This document shows, piece after piece, positions 14,370 through 27,264 of a stretch of DNA of 64,000 nt (the first letter of the stretch is position 1; the number at the start of each line of letters is the position of its first letter). This stretch comes from Eledone cirrhosa (taxonomy: Eukaryota): NCBI GenBank assembly GCA_964016885.1, contig OZ024742.1, forward strand, positions 240,932,001 through 240,996,000, given 5' to 3'. The position numbers were made by a program, and so were the translations under genes. The notes beneath the pieces were generated by a model, which was not told where the DNA came from, did not search any database, and saw nothing but the letters and a program-made list of their open reading frames with translations.

Positions 14370-14938
14370 TTTTCAAATTTAATAATAGATTCTCTAAACA
14401 CACACACATACACACATACACCCACGCACATACAGGCACTCACTCACTCACTCACTCACTCACTCACACACAAAAGAAGTAAGACCAAAGACTGGTGATT
14501 TTTCCGTAACAATAATAACTCCTATACCGAGTAGATGGTGGCAACAGTTTTGTTGAAAAGTTGTGTTGGCAAGCTTGATGAGTCTTACGGTTTACTTGCG
14601 TTCTTTTGTATTTTATATGCCAAAATTTATTAGTGTTGATATTAAAAAATATATAATTGTAGAATATTTGATTAATTAAGTGAAATATGCATAAAATAAA
14701 AACCGTCTCTTGTTGCAATTCAAACAATATTAGATATTCAGTTTATATATGCAGAACAATTCGTATAATTTCCGATTGGCAGTCCGCATAATGTATGGAA
14801 ATAGTCTAAAGTTGTAATATTTTTTTTTAGTCATATCTTCTACACACACACATAAAGACACAAACAGGCGCATACACACACATAGACGCGCGCACACACA
14901 TATTTAAAATTTGATTTAAGACTAGTTTTTATCAGCAT

Positions 14939-15352
14939 TGGATTGGCAGTATCAGTAGAGGGTCGGACGCCATGCTTTGCAGCATAGAGTTACGGCCCTT
15001 TATGATCTGAGTCCAAATCCCGTCGAGGTTAACTTTGCCTTTCATCCTTACGGGGTCGATAAAATAAAGTACCAGTCACGCACTGGGGTCGATTTAATCG
15101 ACTTTCCCCAATGTTGCTGGCCTTGTGCCTATAGTAGAAACCATTATTATCATTATTAGTGGATTGGCAGTAACGGTAGAGCGCCAGACAGACACCATGC
15201 TTTGAAGCATAGAGTTATGGCCCTTTACGTTCTGAGTTCAAATCCCGCCGAGCTTAATTTTGTCTTTCATCCTTACGGGGGTCGATAAAATAAAGTACCA
15301 GTAATGCACTCGGATAATTGCTTGCCTTGTGCCAAAAGTAGAAACAATTATT
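14939..15352 (+). mobile_element. Two tandem SINE copies
   Basis: SINE consensus x2 separated by attattatcattatt. Confidence 0.85.
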
Positions 15353-15539
15353 AGACTATTCGTAAAACATGCATTTCATCGCTTCGATTTATTGTTTGCA
15401 TTAATGTAATTTGTATTTTAACAACCACCAGAGCGTTCACATCACAGACTGAGAGAGTAATAGACACAACTGGTAACTACAACGGTGGCTGTACCACGGT
15501 AGTGAGCCAGTAAGAAGATACTTTGTTGCCTGCCAAGTC

Positions 15540-15770
15540 GAACAGGGTTAACTCTCAAATTATCAGCCCCTCTCTGATAGGTTTGTGGTAGAGCCTGTGG
15601 TAGTGGAGACCTCTTGACCACATACCTACTCACTGCTATCGGAGCTGAGTTAGCTACCTGCAAGTACAAGCCCCGCGAGGTAAAGTGTCTGTTCAAGCGC
15701 GTCTCCCTCGCCATCCTCTTGGGCAATGTCTTTTCCATCATGTCGGCCGGGATCACGTGGTGGATTTAAA
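15540..15770 (+). pseudogene. CRE-clade non-LTR retrotransposon, RLE C-terminal remnant
   Basis: Manual translation NYQPLSDRFVVEPVVVETS...PREVKCLFKRVSLAILLGNVFSIMSAG resembles the CRE motifs (F.P.AVET.G; LfQRlSlAi.rGNa.si). Confidence 0.55.
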
Positions 15771-15825
15771 GATAGAGTTTACCATTAAACTACCATAATG
15801 ATGATTATGATGGCAACAACATCAA

Positions 15826-15859
<34 letters not shown>

Positions 15860-16933
15860 AATAGTAAATTCAGTAGGCATTGTTGTAGCAGAAAAACGAG
15901 GGTTTAGATGTCAAGAAGAAGAAAGACAATAGGGGAACCAGAGAATAGAGCCATGATGGAAAAGTAGAATACAGGCCAGTATAGATACAGCAGCAGCAGC
16001 CCCAAGATTCCTACCGTTGCCACCAACAAGAAAACCGTCCTCTTAGTCCTATCCTACGTCGAGCACTCAAAAGAAAACAAGTGACCGATTATCTTCCGAT
16101 TAGAGTTGAACGACAGGATGTTTTCATGTCTATAGAAGCGCTAATAACGTGAATAGGTGTCTGAAATTTCACTTTACAGGCCTCTTGTATTGTGTGGGAG
16201 TAGTATATAAGAGAGATGTCATATATAGGCTTTGCAAACCTACTTAGGGGTCAATTGGAATTTCCCAATGAGCCAATGTGACAAATCTCATCAAGTCATC
16301 CAGATCGTATCTAAAAAAAAAAAAATTGTTAAATGAGCAGATAGAGATCGGATAGGGTGCCCACATATTCGGTTAGTCCAATATACAGACCACGAGGTTG
16401 AACCATGCACGGTCAATCTTGATATAGCGCACATATATAAGGCTGGGTATTGGAAGTGGAATACACCGGTTCTGGTGCTGAATAGCTGTAGCATGAGATT
16501 GGACACGAATGAAACAGAGGTTTTTACTTGTGTAACCCTCTCTCTCCTCTATTTCTCCTTCGTTCTCCCTCTGTTTTTCCTATCTCTTTCTGTTTCACTC
16601 TCTTTCATGTTTTCCTTGTTCCTCACGCTATCGTTCTCTTGTCCACTTCCTCCTTCGCGTTTGTTTGACTCATCTTTTGTATCTCAACCCCGGTAAGTTT
16701 TACACCAATTTTCTTCAGCTCAGTAGCCCAATCACATTTACTCGAAGGAAGTCAAACGTTTCAACTTTTCATTCCTTCTAGCGTTAACATGTTAACATGT
16801 TGCATATTTTACATGCCGAGTTTTTGTCCATATACTTCTAGTCGTAACTTTTAACGTATTCATTTCTGCTTTTATCGACAGACACACCTGTGTATTTTCC
16901 TATCCATTCTTCGTTTTGTTATCACCTCACATG

Positions 16934-16999
<66 letters not shown>

Positions 17000-17016
17000 A
17001 TATGAAATAAACATAG

Positions 17017-17053
<37 letters not shown>

Positions 17054-17159
17054 CAAAGAAGGTGTGGTAAGATACCACCAGGTGAACCATAACGCACCAA
17101 AGTGTTCGATACGTAGGGTACTAGAGTGAGTAATAGGCAGTAGAGTGGGTAATATATAA

Positions 17160-17392
17160 ATATATTAGGTAAATAAGAAAAAAATGTAGAAAATATTAAT
17201 ACGATTTTCTCATAGAATAACAGCAAAACATTAAAAAATATTTAGGTAGTGCCAGTTTCAGTCGATAAATATTTCGACTTCATGCTACAGGAAATATGAT
17301 AAAAAGTATATGATAAAATTAAGGTATATATTTATTAGAAAAGGATATTAGAGAACATAGTTTACATATATATAAATATTCACAATTTCGTT

Positions 17393-17426
<34 letters not shown>

Positions 17427-17604
17427 TCTTTGTGTCTCTCACTCTCTTGCTGTTTCTCTCCCACTCTCTCTCTCCCCCCTCTCTCTCTTTTCCTTGGTGG
17501 CTTCGTGTTAGTAACAGCTAAAATAGAAGTTGGTTTGACCCCTGTTACTGTCTGACAAAATGTTAGCTGCTACTACCACCAAACCACAAAGGAAGAGAGA
17601 AAGA

Positions 17605-17702
<98 letters not shown>

Positions 17703-17950
17703 GAAATAAAAAATGTGAATTCTTATATATATGTAGATTATGTTCTCTAATATCCTTTTCTAATTAATATACACCTTAATTTTATTATATACTTTTTATC
17801 GTATTTCCTGTAGCAAGAAGAAGTCGAAATATGTATCGGCTGAAACCGGTACAATAAATTATTATTCAAAATAAAATGTTTTGCTGTTATTCTATTAGAA
17901 AATCCTATTAGCATTTTCTACTTTTTTTCTTATCATTTTCCTAATACATA
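17160..17950. repeat. Diverged fold-back unit with degenerate HHR pair (17246-17291 -, 17808-17856 +)
   Basis: 17180-17400 vs 17700-17945 are inverted. agtcga aatatgta tcggct GAAAC CG GTA is retained; the CUGANGA box is decayed. Confidence 0.6.
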
Positions 17951-18007
17951 TAAATTCGTGTGTCACTTCTCAACACACACACACACACTCTCTCTCTCTC
18001 CTCTCTC

Positions 18008-18118
<111 letters not shown>

Positions 18119-18195
18119 TATATTATATATACATAGTGAACATATACATATGAAACAGTCAAATTATTCAGAGCATAATACAAACCTATATATAG

Positions 18196-18247
<52 letters not shown>

Positions 18248-18287
18248 ATCATTTTCCTAATATATATAAACTCGTGTGTCACTTCTC

Positions 18288-18324
<37 letters not shown>

Positions 18325-18410
18325 ATACACACACACTCTCTCTCTCTCTCCCTCTCTCTCTCTCCTGCCACCAGAAAAGATATAAATACCACCATAGTAC
18401 TTGGACAGTC

Positions 18411-18461
18411 GGCTTACTGATGATTTCTCCCGAATGAAACAGTTTTATCCCTGTAATAGCC
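18411..18461 (+). ncRNA. Type I hammerhead ribozyme
   Basis: ggctta CTGATGA tttc tccc gaat GAAACAG ttttatcc CTGTA atagcc; same family as 20173-20219. Confidence 0.75.
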
Positions 18462-18585
18462 TTTTCTATATTAAATATTTATACTCTGCTTTGTATTGAG
18501 TACCTTACTTACTGTGGTTACCCCCGATTGCACCCGGGATAAACTTATATATATATATTATATATAGGTTTGTATTATGCTCTGA

Positions 18586-18649
<64 letters not shown>

Positions 18650-18660
18650 TTAAAACAATC

Positions 18661-18943
18661 AATACATTTATTTGCTGATAATTGTTTCTTCCAGAGGGAC
18701 GTCTGGAATCATCGGAACATAGGGAATGTCTAAACAGGTGATTAAAATCCTAGTCTTCAGAACATTCAGGTAGATACATGTGTTGTTAGTGTCCTAGACA
18801 TCCTGTCGGATACGAACAATACTTATGTATCTACCTGTATGTTCTGAAGACTAGGATTTTAATCACCTGTTTAGACATTCCCTATGCCCCGATGAGCCCA
18901 GACATCCCTCTGGAAGAAACAATTATCAGCAAATAAATGTATT
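18661..18943. repeat. Fold-back unit with degenerate HHR pair (core CCGATGA)
   Basis: Arms ~18661-18780 / 18826-18943; CCGATGA (t)tccaga cgtccc tctggaa GAAAC AATT ATC agca. Confidence 0.7.
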
Positions 18944-19110
18944 AAACTAAGATTTGATTGTTTTAACACTTTGTATCTCGGCTCTGTAAAACACTTGATA
19001 ATTTGCATTGAGCCTTTTGCCATACCGGTAACTGGCTAGTACTTTGTACTACCCTCCATATTTATAATTGTATATTAAACATATATAAGTATAAATATTG
19101 TTATTATTAC

Positions 19111-19146
<36 letters not shown>

Positions 19147-19152
<6 letters not shown>

Positions 19153-19516
19153 ATTAAATAAATGGAAACTATATTTATAAAACCATATCTATTTCATTAT
19201 ATATATTTCAGGGATATCATATTAACAATATGCTATGCCTTCCTCAGACAAAATACAATATAAACAGTTTTATAGATAAATAGATTCGACATACCGTAAC
19301 ATCTACTTGCATTTGAGAAGGTTGATTTGGTATCAAATCAACCTTCTCAAATGCAAGTAGATGTTACGGTATGTCGAATCTATTTATCTATAAAACTGTT
19401 TATATTGTATTTTGTCTGAGGAAGGCATAGCATATTGTTAATATGATATCCCTGAAATATATATAATGAAATAGATATGGTTTTATAAATATAGTTTCCA
19501 TTTATTTAATATTGTA
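19147..19516. repeat. Apparently perfect 183-bp-arm palindrome of pLTR sequence with paired hammerheads (19192-19253 -, 19410-19471 +)
   Basis: Symmetric about 19331/19332. ttttgt CTGAGGA agg..catat tgtta atatg..cct GAAAT ATAT ATA atgaaa. Same pLTR family as 32120-36603. Confidence 0.9.
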
Positions 19517-19600
19517 AATATACTCCAAATATTTGTCGAGTGCTTTTATATCAGTTATAAATATTTACTAGTTGTAACCCAACAATTTAAATATAACCTT

Positions 19601-19718
<118 letters not shown>

Positions 19719-20074
19719 GCACAATGTACAATTGAACACCAGTGCAATAATGGAAGTAGAATAATATTTAAGTAAATGAAGAACCACACTTAATATATCT
19801 ACGAAAACTATTTAACTATGGCTTCATGTTTCGAATCATTGAAAATAAAGGGTCAAATGAGATAGCTGTAGTGTAGTTAAGTAGTACTTATCCAGTGTTG
19901 TCCTTTATTATTATATATATATATATATAGTAATAATAATAAAATTGAATACTAAAATCCAAAGAGGGCTCGATAAGGAAAATATATATCAAATATATAA
20001 GAACCGTAGAGCAAATATTTATTAAAATAACAGATTAAAGCGATTCTTTGCTTCAACTTTAATCTGTTATTTTA

Positions 20075-20121
<47 letters not shown>

Positions 20122-20172
20122 TAGATATATATATATACATATATATATATAGATAGTTTTAATATAGATGAG

Positions 20173-20219
20173 ATTCTACAGGACTAGAACTGTTTCATTC
20201 GTTAGAAATCATCAGGAAT
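20173..20219 (-). ncRNA. Type I hammerhead ribozyme
   Basis: attc CTGATGA tttc taac gaat GAAACAG ttctagtc CTGTA gaat. Confidence 0.85.
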
Positions 20220-20491
20220 ATATATATGGAAAAGAATGAAATGAAATTTCATTTCTCACTCTTAGTACGACTGATACTTAAATGTAAGTATGTATGTATA
20301 CGTACATACATATATGTATACAGACGTACAGTAGTATGTATATATATATATACATACATGCACACATACATATATGTACGTATGGGTTTACCGAACATTT
20401 ATTATAATGTTCAGTTTGTTTGTTTGTAAACAAACAGCCCGAATTACGCCGTAACCATCGACGCCCTTTTTTTCAACACGGACACAGGAAC

Positions 20492-20530
20492 GATGTACTA
20501 GTTTCAAGCTTGTTAGCTATCGTCAGCATC
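20492..20530 (-). ncRNA. Minimal hammerhead ribozyme, family A
   Basis: gatg CTGACGA tagct aaca agctt GAAAC TA GTA catc. Confidence 0.85.
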
Positions 20531-20924
20531 ATATACCTTCCTGCCAGATGATTGAACGTCTGAAAGTATATACTTTCCTTATGCCTATTAACGGCTGAGA
20601 AGCCTAATTTGCATATCGAGTGAGTTAGTCGGCTGGGCGCACTGAAAACGATAAATGGAAAAGAATGAAACGAAATTTCATTTCTCACTCTTAGTACGGT
20701 TGATACTTAAATGTAAGTGTGTATGTATACGTACATACATATATGTATCATGACGTACAGTAGTATGTATATATATACATACATGCACACATACATTTAT
20801 TATAATGTTCAGTTTGTTTGTTTGTAAATACATATATAGTGAACATATACATATGAAGGAGTCCAACATATACTAATTTTGCTCGATAAAGGAATTAATA
20901 AAAAACAATTATTCAGAGCTTAAT

Positions 20925-21480
20925 AAGATAAAGAAATATTTACCTATATACTGCAGTTTCATTGAGCAAAATTCAGCATTTTGAGCTGTGAAAATCTCAA
21001 ATCGTCAGGAAACAAATCACGTGTACGAATTCTGAAGAAACAAATCAAAACGACCTGAGTTACCGCCCTATTTTTAAAGGTGGACACGAATGCACTTGCG
21101 GCCCGCCTGATGATGAACCATAACTCATGCGGCCCGCTTCTCGAAAAAGGTTGCCCATGCCTGATGTAGACAATGGCAAGTTACAAGGCTGCTAAATGTA
21201 GCAGTCCGATTCAGCGAAATACTTTACTCGATATTTAGCAGCCTTTTAACTTGCCATTGTCCATATACATCTGCCCCTGTGTAGGACGCTAATCACGTGA
21301 TAATTCTCCCGTTCCAATTTTATCGCTGCTAGCGGACAACCCATTCGAATTCTTTCTTGTGTGAAAATCTTCCCTCACAATTTGAGATTTTCACAGCTCA
21401 AAATGCTAACTCTTGCTCTGCTCAATGAAACTGCAGTAAGAGCGCTCTGAGTATAAAAATAAATATTTCTTTATCATATT
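20925..21480. repeat. Fold-back unit with HHR pair (20949-21008 -, intact core; ~21375-21443 +, decayed)
   Basis: CTGACGA t-ttgag...ctcaa-t GAAAC TGCA GTA. There is an inner inverted repeat at 21169-21262. Confidence 0.65.
21098..21163. mobile_element. hAT/Charlie-like MITE terminus
   Basis: gcggcccgc repeats ending in aaaggttgcccatgcctg (reverse complement CAGGCATGGGCAACC). Confidence 0.45.
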
Positions 21481-21884
21481 TGCGTGGTTGCACATGGGTT
21501 ACATATGATAAAATTAGTCCTTCGTCAGTGATTTGCCAACCATCATTGATATTTCAACGCATTAAAAATCATATACCTCAGGTTGGTGCGAGCAATAACT
21601 AAAAAAAGCTATTGGGACAAGTAAATCGCGTAAAGCGAGTGAGACAAGTAAACAACATAGAAGGATAAAAGCAAACCGAAGATAGGAAAATAAACAAGCA
21701 ACATGGTTATCCGGTCAGCATAAGCTGGGTGGATTTCATGAGCGATCAAGAGACAGACCGTACGACGTGAGTGAGATGTGAGCAAGAAGAGAACCCACTA
21801 CTAGCCAAACGGGAGGAAGTGAGAAGGGGAGAAACAGAGAGTGAGTGAGTGGAAGTGCGAGGAAGAGGTCAGTCGAGAGAAAGT

Positions 21885-21934
<50 letters not shown>

Positions 21935-22136
21935 TTTGTTTTGACCTGTTTAGCTTGATTTGGTTTTTGGCTTGGGTGGTTAATGCTTTCTTGACCACCT
22001 TTTCAGTTTTGTATGGCTTCTTAACACATTGTTTAGCTCTGGTTTTTAACTATTGAGCACTTTGCCAGTATCATTTCTGATTTTTGCGTTTCGCTTCGCT
22101 TTTCCTGCTCGCCGAAAATGCGATTCTCGCTGAATC

Positions 22137-22194
<58 letters not shown>

Positions 22195-22342
22195 TACACA
22201 CAATTTAGTGGTTTGCAACTTTACGTTTCACAAACTTTAGCAGTCTTTGCATAGGCGGGTCTGTTTTAGTATAGTATGTGGTGTTGTACATTTTGTGTTA
22301 TACTATGGTCTGTCTCCTTCATAAGCCGAGTGTTAATAATAA

Positions 22343-22804
22343 TAATTGTCTCTACTTTTGGCACAAGGCCAGAAATTAAATCAGTGCATTACTGGTACTT
22401 ATTTTATGGACCCCATAGGGATAAAAGGCAAAGTTAACCTCGGCGGGATTTGAACTCAGACCGCAAACGGCCATAACTCTATGCTGCAAAACATAGCGTC
22501 CGACACTCTACCGATACTGCCAATCTACCAGTGTTAATAATTGTTTCTACTTTTGGCACAAGGCCAATAATTACCCAGTGCATTACTGGTACTTTATTTT
22601 ATCGACCCCGTAAGGATGAAAGGCAAAGTTAACCCCGGCGGGATTTGAACTCAGATCGTAAAGGGACGTAACTATGCTGGAAAGCATGGCGTCCACTCTC
22701 TACCGATACTGCCAATGCACAGAGTTAATAATAATAATTGTTTCTACTTTTTTGGCACAATGCCAGCAATTATCCCAGTAAATGACTGGTACTTTATTTT
22801 ATCG
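22343..22804 (-). mobile_element. Two full SINEs and one partial SINE in tandem
   Basis: SINE consensus; the target (agt)gttaataat recurs between copies. Confidence 0.85.
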
Positions 22805-22829
22805 TTAATAATAATAATAATAATTAGGA

Positions 22830-23028
22830 ACGAGGTGTCGAAGTATCAGTATTAATTTCATTCAGGCATGACGTACGTTTCGCGATTGATTAGCTTAAGG
22901 AAACCCCTAATCTGATGAGCTATTGATTCCAGAGTTGGTCCCGATCCATACGGATCGAACCTTGAGCTAATCAATAGCGAAACACACGAATAAACTTAAT
23001 GATGATGATACCTTGACATCTTGTTCCT
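22830..23028. ncRNA. Hammerhead with branched stem II (22912-22990 +) and an inverted 3' half-copy (22866-22900 -)
   Basis: CTGATGA gctattgatt...aatcaatagc GAAAC. The inverted half keeps GAAAC GTAC GTC. A related remnant lies at 63170-63245. Confidence 0.6.
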
Positions 23029-23130
23029 ACTCCTTATTGTTATATATAATATAATATAATATAATATAATATAATATATATATATATATAGTAATAATAA
23101 TAAAATTGAAGACTAAAATCCAAAGAGGGC

Positions 23131-23197
<67 letters not shown>

Positions 23198-23481
23198 TGT
23201 ATATATATATATATAGTAATAATAATAAATTTGAAGATTAAACTCCAAAGAGGGCTCGATAAGGATAAATATATATCAAATTATCAAATATATAAGAACC
23301 GTAGAGCAAGATTAAAGTTTAAGGAAAGAATAGCTGCTTTCACCCTTAACGGGATCATCATGCGTGTGTGTGGATGTATGTATACACACCCACACACACA
23401 TATATATTATATATATTACATTAAAAAATGTTTAAGCTTGTTGAATCCCAACAAATTAAATATAACTTCTGCATATATTAT

Positions 23482-23572
23482 TTTGCCTTTCATCCTTACG
23501 GGGTCGACAAAATAAAGTACCAGTAATGCACTGGGATAATTACTGGCCTTGTGCCAAAAGTAGAAACAATTA
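23482..23572 (+). mobile_element. SINE 3' fragment
   Basis: Core and tail only. Confidence 0.75.
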
Positions 23573-23575
23573 TAT

Positions 23576-23676
<101 letters not shown>

Positions 23677-24147
23677 TAAACGGAATAGAAAATGCTGACA
23701 GATTGTTCACAGTTGAACAATGGTTTAATTAGGAATAAAAGAGTATTAGTGATTGTATGGGTTAGTATTCAGTTGTGGTTTTAAGTTTTTAAGTTTTTAC
23801 CGGTTGCGCATTTCTAAATGCTTTTCAAAAATAATTTTGAGATAGAGTGTCCGTGCTGTTTGCTCTGATCTGATTAGTTTTGGGAATTCTACCTGTTTTT
23901 ATGTTAAAAATGTGGCTCCAGCGTCACTTTGGTGTTGCAAAAATTCTTGTGGTCAAAACAATTTTGATTGGTCGGTAGAGGTCATGTGAATGTAAAAAAT
24001 TGATTTTGCGCCAAGACTGTTTTTATGTTAAAAAAGTGGCTCCAGCAAAAATTCTTGTGGTCAAAACAATTTTGATTGGTCGGTAGAGGTCATGTGAATA
24101 AAAAATTGGTTTTGCTCCAAGATTGAGAAATGACTCTTTCACAACAA

Positions 24148-24235
<88 letters not shown>

Positions 24236-24330
24236 TAGTAGTAGTAAGGTGTTCCATGTTGTGATAATGGTTAGCAGCGATGTGTGTCAAATGGCTATTA
24301 AGATAAGTATGTGTGTGTGTGTGTGTGTGT

Positions 24331-24393
<63 letters not shown>

Positions 24394-24572
24394 GCAGAGT
24401 AATTCGTGGTGGCAGGGATGGTCAGTAAGAATGTGTCTGAAAGCAATGGGGGGTATTTTAGCATGTCAAAAGATATTTTTCAGCTTTTGTCTTATACGGA
24501 GAAGTGCGTGTGTGTGTGTGTGTATATATAAGTCTCTTTGTATGTTGATGTACGCGTGTGTATGTGTGTGTG

Positions 24573-24614
<42 letters not shown>

Positions 24615-24939
24615 AGGGTGGGTGGACCAGTATTTTTTCCCCCTGGTAAAATGGTGTACATTATTCGAGTTTTTCAGTAAAATCGGTTCTCTTAATAGAA
24701 CATCAAAAATCTTAACAATAAAAGGTGTGAAATGATATTCACTATATATACACATACATATATTCACTATATATATATATATACATATATACACATATAT
24801 ACATATATATATGCACATATATTTCTTTGTGTTGCACCATAGAGCATGTGTGTTTACGTATGTCATTGTGTTTATATGTGGGTAGAGATGTGTGCTGATG
24901 TAGGTATGTATGTTGACGTGTGTATGTTGTGGGTTCATC

Positions 24940-27264
24940 TTAGGGAGAAGTGTTTAGACGGGGTCCGTATTTGTTAATGAAGTAAGATTCCTTGCTGATG
25001 CGCTGGGTGTGGGTGGCATTATCTTTAAATTTGTAGAGGGGAAAGATTCTGAAGTTGGGGTGATTTTGGGCGGCACAGGTATCAATGTGTTCACTCAGTG
25101 GTATTTTCCTGTATTCCCGTATTTTGATTTGGGATCTATGGACAGTCATGCGTTGGCGGAGGCTGTTTTTGGTCTGGCCTATGTATTGTTCTCGACAACC
25201 TGAACAAGTTAATACATATATTAGATTTTCTGATGCACATGTGAAATTGTGTTTTACTATAAAACGTTGTCCATCTTTGAAATAGAATTCCAAACCCTCT
25301 ATTAGGTTGATGCAAATGCCACAGTTGGGTCTATCGCATTTTTTTACTGTGGGTTTCGTTGTTGTGGTTGGCAGTACTTTGGCATGTGTTAAGATGTTTT
25401 TCATTGACTTGGATTGTCTTTTGCTCTTTATGATATCGTGTGTTCGTAGAATTTGGTTCATTATATGGTCCTTTTTCAATACAGGGATGTTCTGGAGGAT
25501 GGTGTCAAAGGCCTCATTGTTGAGGGGGTTGTGTGTGGAGATGTATGGAAGAGCTTTTAGTTTTGGTTGATTTACTTTAGGGTGTCTAAGGTCCTGGGTA
25601 CTGAGTTTTAGGGCACGTTGGATTCCATTGTCAATTAGTGATGCAGGGTAGTCCCTGCCTATGAGTGTGTCCTTTAGTTCTTGTAGCCGTAAGTAGCAGA
25701 TGTTTTTATTGGAGACTATAGTACAGATTCTCTTGGCTAAGTTGTAGGGAATATTAATTTTAACGTATCTAGGGTGGCAAGAGTTGAAGGGGAGATATTG
25801 CTTGGAGTCTGTGGGCTTGTAGTATATGTCTGTTTCTATTTTTTTGTTATGGATCTTAATGAGGATGTCGAGGAAGGGGAGTTGTTGATGGCTGTATTCC
25901 ATCGTGAAGTTAATATGTGTGTTGAGCCCATTTATAAGGGTGTGAAATTCTTTAAGTTTTTCGATGTTTTCGTGCCAAAGGATGAAGCAGTCATCTAGAT
26001 ATCGCTTCCAGTTCCTTTCAATGTGTAAGTGGAGGGTGTTTCCAAATTTGTTTAGGACTTTAGTGTAGAGGGTGATTTCCAGGTATCCCATGACTAGGTT
26101 GGCATAAGTGGGGGCTGTTTTCGTTCCCATAGCGGTTCCAGATTTCTGCCTGTAGGGTTTGTTATTGAAAATGAAGTAATTGTTCTCCAAGATAAATTTG
26201 AGTCCCTCTATCACGAATTCTTTTTTGATGCGTTGTGGGAGTTCATTGTGGAAATTATCCAGCCAGAATTGGATAGCTTCTATTCCTAGGTTGTGGGGGA
26301 TGTTGGAGTATAGGTTGACTACATCGAACGTCACTAGTAGGGTTTGTTCAGAAAGTGGTATATTAGGGAGGTGATTGAGCATATCTAGGTCGTCCCTTAT
26401 ATAGCTTTTGATGTGCTTGAGGAAGGGTTTGAGAAGGGTATCAATGAAGTTGCTAAGACGGTGCGTTTCGCAAGCGGGGCCTGCTATTATAGGTCTTAAT
26501 TTGAGATCATTGGGTGAGGGGACATTGATGACTATGTCTGTGGCCTCCTTGCATGCCTTACTTATTGATTCGCTTTTATTTACTTTAGGGATACCGTAGA
26601 AAAGGCTGGATTTACTTGTGAAGTCTGTGATGAAGCTGAATTCCTTGTTAGTGAGTCCTTCTTTGTATTGGTTGATTAGAGTTTTTAGGTTTCTCATAAT
26701 TTTCTGTTGATTGTAGTGTTCAGCCTTTTCGTAGTATGTTTCGTTTTCCAAAGTGGAGAGCGCTAAGTTGATATAGAATTCTGTCTCCATTAGGACTACT
26801 GTACTCCCTTTATCAGCCTCTTTAATTGTAATGGTTCTGTCGGTTTTTAATCTATTTAATTCTTCCCATTCTTTCTTGTTGAGGTTTGGCTTGTGTTTTT
26901 GTCTGTGCAAGTGTTGGTAAGGGAAGTTTGTGATGTGTTCACATAATTCGTCCAGGATTTTATTTCTACCTTTTGAAGGGGTGTAATTGCTTCTATTTCT
27001 GGCTAATGATTCATCCTCATTGTACTGGTCGAATAGTTGTTCACTAAGTCGTAACTTTCTACAGAAGTCTGTGATGTCTACCTTCATTTCATAGTAGTTA
27101 GGACGTAGTGGGGTCGGTGTGAATTTAAGACCTTTGGAGAGTAAGTTGATAAGGTTGGGTGTTGGTTCTGCACTAGTAAGATTGATAACTTTTATTACTA
27201 TCGGTTTCTCCTCCCTGTCTTGTGTTATTTTGTTTGCCTGTATCTGTGTGCTGTGTCTAAAAAA
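24940..27264 (-). CDS. PLE reverse transcriptase-GIY-YIG endonuclease ORF2 (first ATG 27087; frame open from 27294)
   Basis: Motifs LLSKGLKFTPTP, IKEADKG, FYGIPKVNK, LRPIIA, FDVVNLYSNIP, GTAMGT, RYLDD, FLD, C-x4-C-x2-C linker and NLIY..C..C..QYIGQT..LRQR. No stops. Confidence 0.95.
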   Translation of the reverse strand, partial: FFRHSTQIQANKITQDREEKPIVIKVINLTSAEPTPNLINLLSKGLKFTPTPLRPNYYEMKVDITDFCRKLRLSEQLFDQYNEDESLARNRSNYTPSKGRNKILDELCEHITNFPYQHLHRQKHKPNLNKKEWEELNRLKTDRTITIKEADKGSTVVLMETEFYINLALSTLENETYYEKAEHYNQQKIMRNLKTLINQYKEGLTNKEFSFITDFTSKSSLFYGIPKVNKSESISKACKEATDIVINVPSPNDLKLRPIIAGPACETHRLSNFIDTLLKPFLKHIKSYIRDDLDMLNHLPNIPLSEQTLLVTFDVVNLYSNIPHNLGIEAIQFWLDNFHNELPQRIKKEFVIEGLKFILENNYFIFNNKPYRQKSGTAMGTKTAPTYANLVMGYLEITLYTKVLNKFGNTLHLHIERNWKRYLDDCFILWHENIEKLKEFHTLINGLNTHINFTMEYSHQQLPFLDILIKIHNKKIETDIYYKPTDSKQYLPFNSCHPRYVKINIPYNLAKRICTIVSNKNICYLRLQELKDTLIGRDYPASLIDNGIQRALKLSTQDLRHPKVNQPKLKALPYISTHNPLNNEAFDTILQNIPVLKKDHIMNQILRTHDIIKSKRQSKSMKNILTHAKVLPTTTTKPTVKKCDRPNCGICINLIEGLEFYFKDGQRFIVKHNFTCASENLIYVLTCSGCREQYIGQTKNSLRQRMTVHRSQIKIREYRKIPLSEHIDTCAAQNHPNFRIFPLYKFKDNATHTQRISKESYFINKYGPRLNTSP

